Positions 32,052 to 42,189 of a DNA stretch of 64,000 nt are shown in pieces. Below the pieces are notes generated by a model. That model made no database searches. It saw only the letters and a program-made list of their open reading frames with translations, and was not told where the DNA came from. How positions within the stretch are numbered: the stretch's first letter is position 1; each line of letters starts with the position of its first letter. Origin of the DNA: an uncultured Desulfosarcina sp. (GTDB lineage: Bacteria > Desulfobacterota > Desulfobacteria > Desulfobacterales > Desulfosarcinaceae). The stretch covers positions 384,001-448,000 of the forward strand of contig CAXXWQ010000002.1 of assembly GCA_963674945.2 (NCBI GenBank). Direction: 5' to 3'. The position numbers and the translations under genes were made by a program.

Positions 32052-33437
32052 ATGGCATTAGATCTATTTAGTATATATAATAATACACCAATTTATTTGC
32101 AAAATGTTTTTTGCTCTATATATGGTGCTAAATTATTTAAAGAGAGATATTCAGGAAAATGGAAAGAATATTATAATTTTTTATGCAGAACCCAATACCT
32201 AAACCCCGAAGAGATATTAAATAATCAGACCATTGCCTTAAAAAACATTTTAAAACATTCAATAAATTTTGTGCCATATTATAAAAAAAATATTGATTTA
32301 AAACCAAATGAGATCGATTCTATAAAAGATATTGAATTTATATCAGAATTACCAATTATTGAAAAAAAAAGTATAAGGGAATCATATAAAGATTTTTTGT
32401 CCCAAAAATTCAATAGATCATCCTTGATACGTATTGGTACAAGTGGTACAACTGGTACACCACTAACTATATATATAGCTCCTGATGCTAGAAAATTGAA
32501 CTATGCTTTTTTCGCCAGGTCAAAAAAATGGGCCGGAATTGAAGGTTTTGAACGTAGTATAACACTTGCAGGTAGACCTATAGTACCCTCATCACAAAAT
32601 ACACCACCTTTCTGGAGAAAAAATATTCTTTTTAAAAATTTATTATTTTCTTCATATCATATAAGTGAAAACAATCTTAAATATTATGTAAGTCAGATAA
32701 GAAAATATAAGCCAGTGTTTATTGATAGCTATCCATCTAGTATCTATAGAATCGCTGATTATATTATTAAAAATAATATTGAAAATATTAAATTGAAAGC
32801 AGTTATTACTTCTGCAGAAACTTTATTAGAGCATCAAAGGGACATTATTGAAAAAGCGTTTCAATGTAAAGTTTTCGACCAATATGGAAGTGCAGAACAA
32901 GTTGTGTTCGCCTGTCAGTGTTCTAAAGGGTCATATCATATTAATCCTGAATATGGTTACCTTGAAGTTGTAGACAAAAATAATTGTAAAGTAAAAAATG
33001 GTGAAATAGGAGAGTTTGTTTGTACAGGATTTACTAATTTTGCGATGCCTTTTATTAGATATAAAATAGGTGATAAGGGTATAATTACTAACGAATCATG
33101 TAGTTGTGGAAACAATTTTCCTATTATTAAACAAATTGTTGGAAGAAATGATGATATTTTAATTACTCCTGACAGGAAATATATTGGCCGATTGGATCCC
33201 ATATTCAAAGGCGTTGATAGTTCAATAAAGGAGACTCAGATAATTCAGGAACGTTTAGATTATATTGTCATAAAGCTTGTAAAAACGTCTAATTATAAAG
33301 ATAAGCATGGTCAATTTATTATTAACGAATTGCAAAAACGGATGGGCTACAATATCAATTTTTCAATTCAATATGTAAATTCAATTCCATTAACAAAATC
33401 AGGTAAATTTAGAGCGGTCATTTGTAAAATCGATTAA
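32052..33437 (+). CDS. phenylacetate-CoA ligase-like adenylate-forming enzyme (CapK type)
   Basis: TSGTTGTP, YGSAE, MPFIRYKIGD, GR.DD, SGKFR. Confidence 0.88.
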   Translation: MALDLFSIYNNTPIYLQNVFCSIYGAKLFKERYSGKWKEYYNFLCRTQYLNPEEILNNQTIALKNILKHSINFVPYYKKNIDLKPNEIDSIKDIEFISELPIIEKKSIRESYKDFLSQKFNRSSLIRIGTSGTTGTPLTIYIAPDARKLNYAFFARSKKWAGIEGFERSITLAGRPIVPSSQNTPPFWRKNILFKNLLFSSYHISENNLKYYVSQIRKYKPVFIDSYPSSIYRIADYIIKNNIENIKLKAVITSAETLLEHQRDIIEKAFQCKVFDQYGSAEQVVFACQCSKGSYHINPEYGYLEVVDKNNCKVKNGEIGEFVCTGFTNFAMPFIRYKIGDKGIITNESCSCGNNFPIIKQIVGRNDDILITPDRKYIGRLDPIFKGVDSSIKETQIIQERLDYIVIKLVKTSNYKDKHGQFIINELQKRMGYNINFSIQYVNSIPLTKSGKFRAVICKID

Positions 33438-33498
33438 AACATATGTACGCTAGCATTTTATTATTCCACTTTCAATAATTGTCAATGGGAATGAAAAG

Positions 33499-33523
33499 GG
33501 CGGTGGACCCCAAAAACTGGACA
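33499..33523 (+). mobile_element. IS3-like terminal inverted repeat (left), pairs with 36074-36098
   Basis: GGCGGTGGACCCCAAAAACTGGACA versus reverse complement GGTGGTTGCCCCTAAAAACTGGAGA (20/25 match). Confidence 0.6.
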
Positions 33524-33565
33524 ATTTGATAAGCTATAAGTCAGACTAAAATGAAGGAGAATCTG

Positions 33566-33698
33566 ATAGCCCTTGCAGGTGCAATGCAATAATGTCCATT
33601 TACGCCTCCCATGAAATCATGGCGACACCTCCCTTCCTGGAAGGAGTCTACCACGGGGTTATTTTTCTGGGTGGTACATTTTTGCATTCCCGCTGAAA
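33566..33698 (-). pseudogene. IS21-family left end plus istA 5' remnant
   Basis: Minus strand TTTCAGCGGGAATGCAAAATGTACCACC, then RBS and MISWEA*MDIIALHLQGL. Confidence 0.55.
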
Positions 33699-33817
33699 AT
33701 AATATTTATTTGATAGAAGCCTTGTTGTGGTATAACAATTGCAGAAAATCAATAAAATTTGATTATGGTGATTTTGGAATAATAATTTGTATTAAATATT
33801 ACAATGGAGGGTTCGAC

Positions 33818-35851
33818 ATGAATTTATATAAAAAGAAATTTTATACAATCTTTTTTTTATTTGTTGTCCTTTGGTGTTTTCCTGTAGATGTACTAGCAGA
33901 TATATATGTTTCGTGTGGGGGAGGGGTGCTACCTGAAGGTAATGACACGACTGGTACAGGTACGACTGGTAAACCATACAGAACAATTCAAGTTGGAATT
34001 GATGCTTTAAAACAACAGGGGCCTGGAAATATTTTGTATCTTGGCGGCGGGTCATATACTACGATTCCAAGCGGTTCTCCGTGGGAATCAAGAAGAATAT
34101 CGTTTGAGACACTTAACGACGCCACGTCATGGACTAATTCGTACACAATATGCTCATATCCTGGGGAGTGGGCGGTTATAGACGCATCGTCTTATACAGA
34201 AGAAGATAGGATTTTTGTTTTTAACGGTAGCGATTCAAATGGTGGGCAGGGATTTATAGAGTTTTCAAGACTTGAGATAAAGGGTGCACACGCGGCCTTG
34301 TCTTGCGCTGGAATTCGAGGAAGAGGGGGGCCGTATAAATTTAGATACCTTTATATACATGACAATACATGTGACACTGGAGCCACAAACCCAGCCGGTT
34401 TACAACTGGAAAATGGTACTGGTGATTCTATTATTGAGTATTGTTATTTTTACGGAAATGGATATCTCGGTGTAAATGAAAATTCTGCTAATGTGGCTAT
34501 TTTTGGAGATTATTTATATCATTGGGGGGACCAGCAGCTGAATAACATCAGTGGGTTTTCTACTGCCAGGCATAATAATATTGTACGATATAATTTGTTT
34601 GATGGTGGAAATGGAAGTGGTGATCAAAAAACTTCAGTTGGTTTTAAGCATAAGTCAGTTCAATTTTTAGCAAATAATTCGGATAACGAAGGTGTGCCCC
34701 AGGATGTAAATAATTGGAAGGCCGAGGGTGATAATATACACCACAATATATTTTTAAATCATAGTTATGCTGCCATAATAGATAAGGGTGATTTTACACA
34801 AATCCATCACAATATTATTGATTCATATAGCAATACAGCAGAAGGTATTCTGGGGGGGTCAACTACAGATACTCAAAGGCCTCCTTGGAGTCCAGTTGTC
34901 TATAATAATCTGGTCATAAATACACGCGGTGGGGTACATTATTTCAATGGGAGTGGAGATGTTTATACACAAGATTGGATTTTAAATAATATAATTGATG
35001 CAAGTACATACTATTCATTTATACAGGAAATAACGTTTTTTAGATATAATTCTACAGAAACATGGGATATCGACACTTATTTAAAAATAAATAATAACAT
35101 ATTTTATAGGCCGCCAGATACTACACTTATACGAATTTTAGGCAATGACTACACCCTATCGCAAGCAAACAGCAATGCGTGGGCGAGTGATAATTATAGT
35201 TACGAATACAACGAAAGCGATTATTTATATGCTGCTCAAAGTGGAGCGGACAAATATAAGTTAAATTCGGCATATTCAAATTTTAGCACTGTGTCCGCGG
35301 GCGGTGTTGGTGGCGTTCATCCATATCTTACAGGTATTACAATCCCTTCTTATATTGGCGCAGCTAATCCAGATGATAATGATTGGGTAGATGGTGTTTT
35401 GAGTTTAGCAAATGTTTCACAACTTCAGAATGGCGGTTCTGGTGATCCAGATTGGATAGAAGGTGGACAATCCTATAATTGTGATGTTCAAAATGCCACA
35501 GTTAAAGGAAATTTTGAAGAAGACGGAGTCATCGTAGAATGGACAAACCCAGATTGTAGCGATTACAAAGGTGTTGAAATACGAATTAAAGAGGGTAGCC
35601 AATGTGTTGACCATACCGATGGTTACGAGATATATGATGATGAAGAAAGTGGTCAACCGAATATTGCTTATTCGTACGAGTACAAATACGATGAAGACAA
35701 TTTTGTAAAAGGAATACAATATTATTATTCATTTTATACATATAAAGTAGTAGAGAGTGAGCGTATATATTCACATACTGTTGTTATTCCTTTTCCACCT
35801 ACACCTGATACACCAACTAACTTAAAAGTTGTTGATGACAATGGCAATTAG
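33818..35851 (+). CDS. secreted right-handed beta-helix (pectin lyase-like) protein with C-terminal FN3-like domain
   Basis: GGAGG RBS, signal peptide, GT..KPYRTIQ, many I.HNI/YNN repeats, tail PPTPDTPTNLKV. Confidence 0.7.
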   Translation: MNLYKKKFYTIFFLFVVLWCFPVDVLADIYVSCGGGVLPEGNDTTGTGTTGKPYRTIQVGIDALKQQGPGNILYLGGGSYTTIPSGSPWESRRISFETLNDATSWTNSYTICSYPGEWAVIDASSYTEEDRIFVFNGSDSNGGQGFIEFSRLEIKGAHAALSCAGIRGRGGPYKFRYLYIHDNTCDTGATNPAGLQLENGTGDSIIEYCYFYGNGYLGVNENSANVAIFGDYLYHWGDQQLNNISGFSTARHNNIVRYNLFDGGNGSGDQKTSVGFKHKSVQFLANNSDNEGVPQDVNNWKAEGDNIHHNIFLNHSYAAIIDKGDFTQIHHNIIDSYSNTAEGILGGSTTDTQRPPWSPVVYNNLVINTRGGVHYFNGSGDVYTQDWILNNIIDASTYYSFIQEITFFRYNSTETWDIDTYLKINNNIFYRPPDTTLIRILGNDYTLSQANSNAWASDNYSYEYNESDYLYAAQSGADKYKLNSAYSNFSTVSAGGVGGVHPYLTGITIPSYIGAANPDDNDWVDGVLSLANVSQLQNGGSGDPDWIEGGQSYNCDVQNATVKGNFEEDGVIVEWTNPDCSDYKGVEIRIKEGSQCVDHTDGYEIYDDEESGQPNIAYSYEYKYDEDNFVKGIQYYYSFYTYKVVESERIYSHTVVIPFPPTPDTPTNLKVVDDNGN

Positions 35852-35865
35852 AATAGGAATCTAAA

Positions 35866-35915
35866 AATAATAAATAGCAGTATTTCTGGGTATGGAAATA
35901 CTGCTATTTATTATT
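35866..35915. terminator. 21-bp perfect hairpin, probable terminator
   Basis: AATAATAAATAGCAGTATTTC-tgggtatg-GAAATACTGCTATTTATTATT. Confidence 0.75.
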
Positions 35916-36073
35916 GACAAATATAAATTATAAATACAAATTCATAGAATTGTAGATCGTTTGTTGTTTTAGAGGTGTGAGCGACTTTCGCTTTAAAATA
36001 TGAACAATTATTGTGCATTTTACCCCATCACAAAAAACTCCTCTATTTTTTCCTGTCATGAAGCTTACTATAT

Positions 36074-36098
36074 TCTCCAGTTTTTAGGGGCAACCACC
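36074..36098 (-). mobile_element. IS3-like terminal inverted repeat (right)
   Basis: TCTCCAGTTTTTAGGGGCAACCACC. Confidence 0.6.
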
Positions 36099-36160
36099 CC
36101 CAATTAATGGCTAATGTTAAGAACATAATAGATATCGATTATCAACTTTGACATAATATA

Positions 36161-37183
36161 ATGAATTTTTCTATATTAATTAAAAAGCTTTTTGCCTCTA
36201 TACTGTATTCATCAGGTGTTGTTGAGAAGAGGTTAAAAAACTATTCTGAAAATAAATGTTTGATTTTAATGTATCATCGCATTTTGCCAGAATCAGCAAT
36301 AAATAAATGTATCCAACCTGGTATGTATGTAACACCAGATTCATTTAGAAATCATTTATGTTTTATTAAAAAATATTTTCAAATAGTTACACTTTTAGAC
36401 TTATCTAATAGATTAATTAAAAAAGATGTAGAGGGCAATAATAAACCAATCTGCTCACTTACATTTGATGATGGCTGGAAGGATTTCTATGAATACGCAT
36501 ACCCTGTTTTAAAAGAGTTCAGGATACCTGCTACAGTTTTTTTACCAACTAGCTACATTGGAACAAATCAATGGTTTTGGACGGACCGATTAGCATATAT
36601 ATTATTACAAAGAAGTGAAAGAGAAACTCAAAATAAAATGCAAACTGATCCTGCTTTGCAAGAGATAGAGAACCTTAATGGATCCTTGAAATTTCGATTA
36701 GAAAAGTCAATTGAAATGCTAAAAAAATTTCGTCATGATAGAATTGATAGGCTTCTGAGTGAATTATCAAATAAGTGGTGCAATAGTTCAATAATACCTG
36801 GTCGGGCATTTCTTTCTTGGGAAGAAATTCAAGAGATGCAGGAATCAAAAATTATTACATATGGTTCACATACTTCCAAACATTCCATTCTTACAACTAT
36901 TAGTGCCAATGAAATACAAAAGGAGTTAATAAAATCAAAAGAAAAGCTTATTTTCGAAAATGCAGTTGAGAATGAATTTGTGCCGTTTTGTTATCCAAAC
37001 GGAAATTTTAATGAAGATATTGTTAAGATGGTAGAAAATACAGGTTATAGTATGGCTGTAACCACAACAAACGGTTGGAATAGGATTAATGCAAATCCAT
37101 ATTGTTTAAAAAGAATCGGAATACATCAAGATATGGCGTCGAATTTGACGATGTTTGGTTGTAAAATTACAAAAGTTATTTGA
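36161..37183 (+). CDS. polysaccharide deacetylase (NodB/CE4)
   Basis: LMYHRI, LTFDDG, GSHTSKH, FCYPNG. Confidence 0.92.
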   Translation: MNFSILIKKLFASILYSSGVVEKRLKNYSENKCLILMYHRILPESAINKCIQPGMYVTPDSFRNHLCFIKKYFQIVTLLDLSNRLIKKDVEGNNKPICSLTFDDGWKDFYEYAYPVLKEFRIPATVFLPTSYIGTNQWFWTDRLAYILLQRSERETQNKMQTDPALQEIENLNGSLKFRLEKSIEMLKKFRHDRIDRLLSELSNKWCNSSIIPGRAFLSWEEIQEMQESKIITYGSHTSKHSILTTISANEIQKELIKSKEKLIFENAVENEFVPFCYPNGNFNEDIVKMVENTGYSMAVTTTNGWNRINANPYCLKRIGIHQDMASNLTMFGCKITKVI

Positions 37184-37206
37184 ATATTTAGGATTCAATC
37201 TCATAT

Positions 37207-38307
37207 ATGTTAAATGTCTGTCACATTATTTCTGGTGATCTTTGGGCTGGTGCAGAAGTGATGGCGTTTCAACTATTAAAAGAGCAAAGTAGATGTAAGG
37301 AACTTGATATTTCCGTTGTTTTGCTTAATAAAGGGCGCCTTTACAAAGAAATAAAAAAATTGGGTGTAAAAATTTACTTGATTGATGAAAACCAGCAGTC
37401 GTTTATAGAAGTGCTGATAAAAATGAGGAAGATAATAAGAGAACAATATATTGAAATTATACATTCGCATCGATATAAAGAGAATATCCTTGCGCTTTTT
37501 TCACTAAATCCCTTGTCGAAGAAAAAATTGATTGCAACTCAACATGGTATGGCGGATGTTCAGGTAGGAAAAGTAAAATTAAGGAGCCATTTTATATCCT
37601 GGCTAAATCTATTAATCTTAAAAAGGAAATTTAATATCATTGTAGGGGTTTCCGATGATATTAAAAGACAGTTTGTTGAAAAACACAAAATTAATGAGAA
37701 AACTGTTGATGTAATTCATAATGGTATAGAAATCCCAAAAATTTTGACGAATAGAGATAAATACTCCTATTTTACTATAGGATCTGCCGGACGATTTTTC
37801 CCAATTAAAGATTACTCTTTTTTTATAGAAATCGCTAGGTTGATTAGGGATAATACAGATCAAATACGGTTCAAGCTGGCTGGTGATGGGCCGGATATGG
37901 AAAAACTTCAACAAAAAGTTCGATTATACAATCTCAAGGATTGTTTTGAATTCGTTGGGCACATTGATGATATGGATTATTTTTACCAGGGACTAGATCT
38001 ATATATAAATACTTCCATTCATGAAGGCATTCCAATGAGTATATTGGAAGCCATGGCGTATAAACTACCAATAATTGCGCCAAACGTTGGGGGATTTAAT
38101 GAGATTGTTGATAGCGGAATTGATGGCTATCTGATTGAAATAAGAACGCCTGAACAATTCGCGGAAAAATGTCTATATTTATATGAAAATCGTACATTGA
38201 GTAAAAAAATGGCAGAATCAGCAAGAGAAAAAGTGATCAAAAAGTTTTCCGTGGAAAACATGGCTGAGAAATATTATTCGTTATATAAAAATATTGTATC
38301 TGTTTAA
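37207..38307 (+). CDS. GT4 glycosyltransferase
   Basis: LWAGAE, SIHEGIPMSILEAMA. Confidence 0.92.
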   Translation: MLNVCHIISGDLWAGAEVMAFQLLKEQSRCKELDISVVLLNKGRLYKEIKKLGVKIYLIDENQQSFIEVLIKMRKIIREQYIEIIHSHRYKENILALFSLNPLSKKKLIATQHGMADVQVGKVKLRSHFISWLNLLILKRKFNIIVGVSDDIKRQFVEKHKINEKTVDVIHNGIEIPKILTNRDKYSYFTIGSAGRFFPIKDYSFFIEIARLIRDNTDQIRFKLAGDGPDMEKLQQKVRLYNLKDCFEFVGHIDDMDYFYQGLDLYINTSIHEGIPMSILEAMAYKLPIIAPNVGGFNEIVDSGIDGYLIEIRTPEQFAEKCLYLYENRTLSKKMAESAREKVIKKFSVENMAEKYYSLYKNIVSV

Positions 38308-38584
38308 AGAAATAAGGCAATAATGGGGACAGGTACCAAATGGTTACTGGGGGCTTGGAGCATGGAGGAAGCGGGGAGCAAAAAGTGATGGGTGGTGCGT
38401 GAGTTATAAAACAACGGGGTCAGGTCTACATTCTTGACAAAACATCGTCGCCCTCATTAACACACAGATCCACACAACCCCACACGAACATTAAAAAAAC
38501 TGAAGATGGGAAGGTAAGAAATTTGGAAGCATAGAAAAGGCCTCTCCGCTTCCTAAGATTTTATAGGCTAAATAGAATAACGCT

Positions 38585-38985
38585 TTACAGCACTCGGGTG
38601 AACTCTGATGCCTCCCTTATGACAGATTCGATATCAGGTTTAGAAGCCGCTACAACTTCATTTATAAGGTGCTTGTGTTCAGGATGACTATTTAAATGTG
38701 GGAAATGTGGTGTGTTGTCATATCTGAAGATCAAATTATTCTGTTCATCTTGAAAATGGTACCTATAACCAAGATGCCGAATGAAATGATCTTCCGCTAT
38801 GGCTGCTTCATTCAGTTCAAGCAAGCAAGCAAGAATCCGTCAATCATGCGAATTCTCAAGCGGATATTGATCCGATCTTCGGTAAGGGCCTCCACATAGT
38901 AGGCTTCAACATATGCATCTTCAAGACTATGAATCACATCATCCAAGTCTGAAATATATTTCTCAAGAGCTGAGTTAAGCAACAT
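38585..38985 (-). pseudogene. DUF6516 (TumE-like) toxin, frameshifted by (CTTG)4
   Basis: YRYHFQD...FRYDNTPHFP...HPEHKH; ATG at 38985 is out of frame; removing 8 nt at 38818-38833 gives 130 aa. Confidence 0.7.
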
Positions 38986-39211
38986 GGCGAAGCTGCTTTT
39001 CCAATTTTCGATAAATCGCTAAATAATGACGATAATCATTTGCCCATTCAATAAATTCTATTGAATCATCCAGAAGCCCTTTGGAAAATTTGTCATAGAA
39101 GTCCTCGGAAGCCATCTTGTGATTTTTTTCAGACCAACTTAGGCGTTTGGAAAGTGCAACCAAAGCATCAAGGCTTGAATCATATTCAATGCGGTTTTTT
39201 TGCATTTGCAT
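38975..39211 (-). CDS. TumA-like antitoxin partner of DUF6516
   Basis: EKNHKMASEDFYDKF..G.LDD..EFIEW; overlaps toxin start; GGAGG RBS. Confidence 0.7.
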   Translation of the reverse strand: MQMQKNRIEYDSSLDALVALSKRLSWSEKNHKMASEDFYDKFSKGLLDDSIEFIEWANDYRHYLAIYRKLEKQLRHVA

Positions 39212-39353
39212 GGCCTCCATTTTATTTGAAAACGTCCCGAACATATTAGATCAATATATCAATAACTTACTGTGTTGTCAATTGGAGAATAATAATGGAT
39301 ATGGAACAGCTATGGGGTCAGGCAGGGTAATGAATCCGTTAAATATAATTTTA

Positions 39354-39790
39354 GCCTCTCGCAGAGTTGCAGAGAGCGCAGAGCTAAAGAACAGGTTTGG
39401 GTTGGCTTCGCCAAAAAGAGATATAAACGATTCAGCTACTTTCTTGATTTGATTTCCATCTCAGAAATCAAATGAAACTCCGCGTCTCTGTGTTCTTGAG
39501 CGAAGCGGGCGGGATGAAATAATATGGACCTTAACAGGCTATCCTCCCAAATTATCAAAGCTACTATCAATATACATAGGGAACTGGGTCCCGGATTGTA
39601 AACCAAAAGAATTGGCCTCTCGCAGAGTCGCAGAGAGCGCAGAGCTAAAGAACAGGTTTGGGTTGGCTTCGCCAAAAAGAGATATAAACGATTCAGCTAC
39701 TTTCTTGATTTGATTTCCATCTCAGAAATCAAATGAAACTCCGCGTCTCTGTGTTCTCGAGCGAAGCGGGCGAGAGAAATAATATGGGCC
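39354..39790 (+). repeat. two near-identical ~177-bp copies (about 39354-39530 and 39615-39790) of a CGCAGAG...CTCTG...GAGCGAAGCGGGCG element
   Basis: Direct comparison; related elements at 3137-3241, 44365, 45575-45650, 46522, 47549, 56824-56925. Confidence 0.9.
39524..39601 (+). pseudogene. GxxExxY (PD-(D/E)XK) protein N-terminal remnant
   Basis: MDLNRLSSQIIKATINIHRELGPGL*, stopping just before the ExxY motif. Confidence 0.7.
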
Positions 39791-39791
39791 T

Positions 39792-40161
39792 AAGCCGTGG
39801 AAACCGTTTCCGGTGAAGAGATCAATGCCTTTCTGAACCGACATCTTGCAAATAGCCAACATGTTCGTACCGATGCACTGCCAGCTATGAACATTATTGA
39901 AGAAGGGTATGAACATGAGAAAAAAGTGACACCCCGGAAGAGGCTTCTAAATGGCTGCCCTTGGTTCACATTGTTATTGGAAATATGAAAACCTTTTTGA
40001 ACGGCACATTTCATGGCGTAACTCACAAATATCTCCAGGAGTACCTGGATGAATTTTGCTACCGTTTTAATCGACGCTTCTGGGAGTCCGAACTCCCATT
40101 TCGTTTGTTGAATGCCTGCATGGCTCATGCACCAGCTACTGGCTGAAAATAGTTAAGAGCC
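39792..40161 (+). pseudogene. IS1595-family 3' remnant (different element from 14351/60028)
   Basis: VRTDALP, frameshift, VHIVIGNMKTFLNGTFHGV..KYLQEYLDEFCYRFNRR; end TTAAGAGCC. Confidence 0.75.
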
Positions 40162-40208
40162 ATTTAAATTAATGTTCCGAAGGGCCGAAATAAGCCCCTT
40201 GTTAAAGG

Positions 40209-40613
40209 TTAATACCAATCTTCGATATTAAGCCCTCTAATACGTTCAAACTCTTTGAGATTATGTGTTACCAGGACACCTTTGTTCGCTAAGGCAGTTC
40301 CAGCAATCAATACATCATATGGACCAATTGGAGTGCCCTGTTTCTCAAGTGTCGCACGAATGTTTGCAGCACATTCTGCTTCATCTGTCCCAAAGGGAAG
40401 GATGCTGGTAATGGATAATAAGGATTGAAGCTGTTTCATACGTTCTTCAGGATAAACTGATTTGGCGATGCCGACCTCCAACTCATAGAGTGCCACTGTT
40501 GGGATTCCGATGCGATTCGGAGGATTTGCCAGCAGAGACTTAGCTACGTTCCCCACTCCTTTGAAAAAGTAAATCAGAGTATTGGTATCCAGGACATACA
40601 TGCTTCCCATCAT
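40209..40613 (-). CDS. vapC: VapC PIN toxin
   Basis: LDTN, YELEVG, GTPIGPYDVLIAGTA, VTHNLKEF. Confidence 0.9.
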   Translation of the reverse strand: MMGSMYVLDTNTLIYFFKGVGNVAKSLLANPPNRIGIPTVALYELEVGIAKSVYPEERMKQLQSLLSITSILPFGTDEAECAANIRATLEKQGTPIGPYDVLIAGTALANKGVLVTHNLKEFERIRGLNIEDWY

Positions 40614-40840
40614 ATTTTTTCTCGACTATAATCTTTGCCCATACTATCTCTAATCTCTTCAGCATTTGGCATCTCTTTCCACGCCCCTGCAAGACGTACA
40701 ACATTTTCCGGCCATGTTGTTGCGGTTTTTTCACGAATCAATTCCGCAATCCATTTGCTTTTTGACACACCGTTTTTTTCAATCATATTCAGCATTTTCT
40801 TTTCAGTATGATCGTCGAGGTAGATTGTTACTTGTCCCAT
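40610..40840 (-). CDS. CopG/RHH antitoxin
   Basis: QVTIYLD, VSKSKWIAELI; coupled to vapC. Confidence 0.8.
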   Translation of the reverse strand: MGQVTIYLDDHTEKKMLNMIEKNGVSKSKWIAELIREKTATTWPENVVRLAGAWKEMPNAEEIRDSMGKDYSREKI

Positions 40841-40981
40841 GCTTTCTGCTCCTTTTGAAATGCGATAAAGTATAAGTTAGCATATATGTGGTTAAAGTCA
40901 AGTTCTGTTTCTTAAGGTCAAATCGGGGTCACATTCTTGACAGAACTACCGGGGGGAAGATGTAACACCGCCGCCGAGTGG

Positions 40982-41157
40982 GCGGTATTGATTACTGTTT
41001 ACCGACCGGATCCTGAAAAATGGGTAATTGGACACAAAGGAAGAAAACATCATGAAACCTTTTGAGAAATGCCCTGTCAGATGAAGCATGTAAAAATCCC
41101 CTTGAAGGGGTCATCGGTTCAACCCTGTTGGGTAGCCCGGAATTTGTCACATTCATT
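40982..41157 (+). pseudogene. mosaic remnants: DUF4258 C-terminus, YgiT-type Zn-finger N-terminus, RAYT/Y1-transposase-like fragment
   Basis: AVLITVYRPDPEKW; MKPFEKCPV (41052); DEACKNPLEGVIGSTLLGSPEFVTFI (41080-41157). Confidence 0.55.
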
Positions 41158-41354
41158 ATCGTATACACGATCCGGTCTTGAAAGCTTAAACGAGCAGAAT
41201 AAAAGCCTTTCAACTGTCCGACCAATTTTTTGCAGGAATAAGGTTCGTGGCATATTTGGTGCTCAAGAATATCTTTGAGTTTGGATTTCAGGCGTGGTGT
41301 GAGTTTATTCACATCTTTTAAAGATTCTTTCGTGAATCTGACTTCATACATCAA
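41158..41354 (-). pseudogene. YoeB/RelE toxin, 3'-truncated copy of 59312-59566
   Basis: Near-identical to 59312-59566 up to RIVYTI, then unrelated sequence. Confidence 0.8.
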
Positions 41355-41623
41355 GATTCCCCAAAGACGTCATTCATTGAATAGGTGTCGCCATCATTCA
41401 TTTGGTTCACAGATCGGTTCAAACTTTTCAGCATGCCTGGAATTGAAAGAAGTTCAAGGGTTTCAATGAGGCTTTCATATTTTTCTTCAGAGAGCATGAC
41501 AACGGTACCTTTTGGGTGCTGAATTCGAAATATCTGGTGCTTTTCGTTGGCACCTTTCACGATTTCGAAAAAATTACGGCGGGCATCCGTTGCTGATATG
41601 TTGTTTTTCATTCTAAACTCCAA
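41351..41623 (-). CDS. Phd/YefM antitoxin (copy of 59563-59823)
   Basis: ISATDARRNFFEIV, VMLS.E.YESLIETLELLS. Confidence 0.88.
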   Translation of the reverse strand: MEFRMKNNISATDARRNFFEIVKGANEKHQIFRIQHPKGTVVMLSEEKYESLIETLELLSIPGMLKSLNRSVNQMNDGDTYSMNDVFGES

Positions 41624-41689
41624 TAAAAATGTACATTATTACGTACACCATAGGCCTGTGGATGATTTTTGTCAATATTCATATTTTAT

Positions 41690-41825
41690 CTTGACCACCC
41701 TCATTTCCGGTATTTTCGAACCAGAAAGCGGTCGAGCGTTGCTCTTCCTTTACGGCATCATCTTCGAAAACGCTGTCGTAAGCATCCTTTAAACAGGTCG
41801 CTTTTTCATCTGCTGTCCTTTGTCC
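41690..41825 (-). pseudogene. remnant copy of antitoxin 48925-49179
   Basis: Shares CTTGACCACCC...CGAACCA...CACGGCATCATC.TCGAAAACGCTGTCGTA-like sequence with 48934-49050. Confidence 0.7.
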
Positions 41826-41910
41826 AACTGCAAGCCATATTTTTGGAGGTTGACATTTGTCGATAGAGTAGCTACTTTTGTCACTTAAGGTAGCTACAAA
41901 AGGGGGCGAA

Positions 41911-42189
41911 ATGATTCAAGCGGGCGTAAAGGAAGTGAAGAATAATTTAAGCCGCTTTTTAAGCCGGGTAAAAACGGGAGACGAAGTTTTGATCACAGAA
42001 AGGGGCAAACCAATAGCACGCATTATCAAAGAAAACTCAAAGCGAATGGATATACGTGAAGAGCTCAGGCCTTTAATTGATAGCGGTTCGGTTGTACTGC
42101 CAAGCAATAGACTGAAAAAGGAAAAGTTACGTAGTTACACGGTCCCTGGAAAGGCCGCTTCTGAAATGGTCATTGAGGATCGCAGATGA
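41911..42189 (+). CDS. Phd/YefM antitoxin
   Basis: AGVKEVKNNLSRFL..V..G.EVLITERGKPIARI. Confidence 0.9.
   Translation: MIQAGVKEVKNNLSRFLSRVKTGDEVLITERGKPIARIIKENSKRMDIREELRPLIDSGSVVLPSNRLKKEKLRSYTVPGKAASEMVIEDRR

Noticed and set aside
33611..33817. N-terminal 69 aa of the 746-aa ORF
   Set aside because: Runs through the IS21 remnant; RBS and signal peptide indicate a start at 33818
33818..35851. PEP-CTERM substrate for the exosortase
   Set aside because: No PEP motif or C-terminal TM helix; no PEP-CTERM protein was seen in the window
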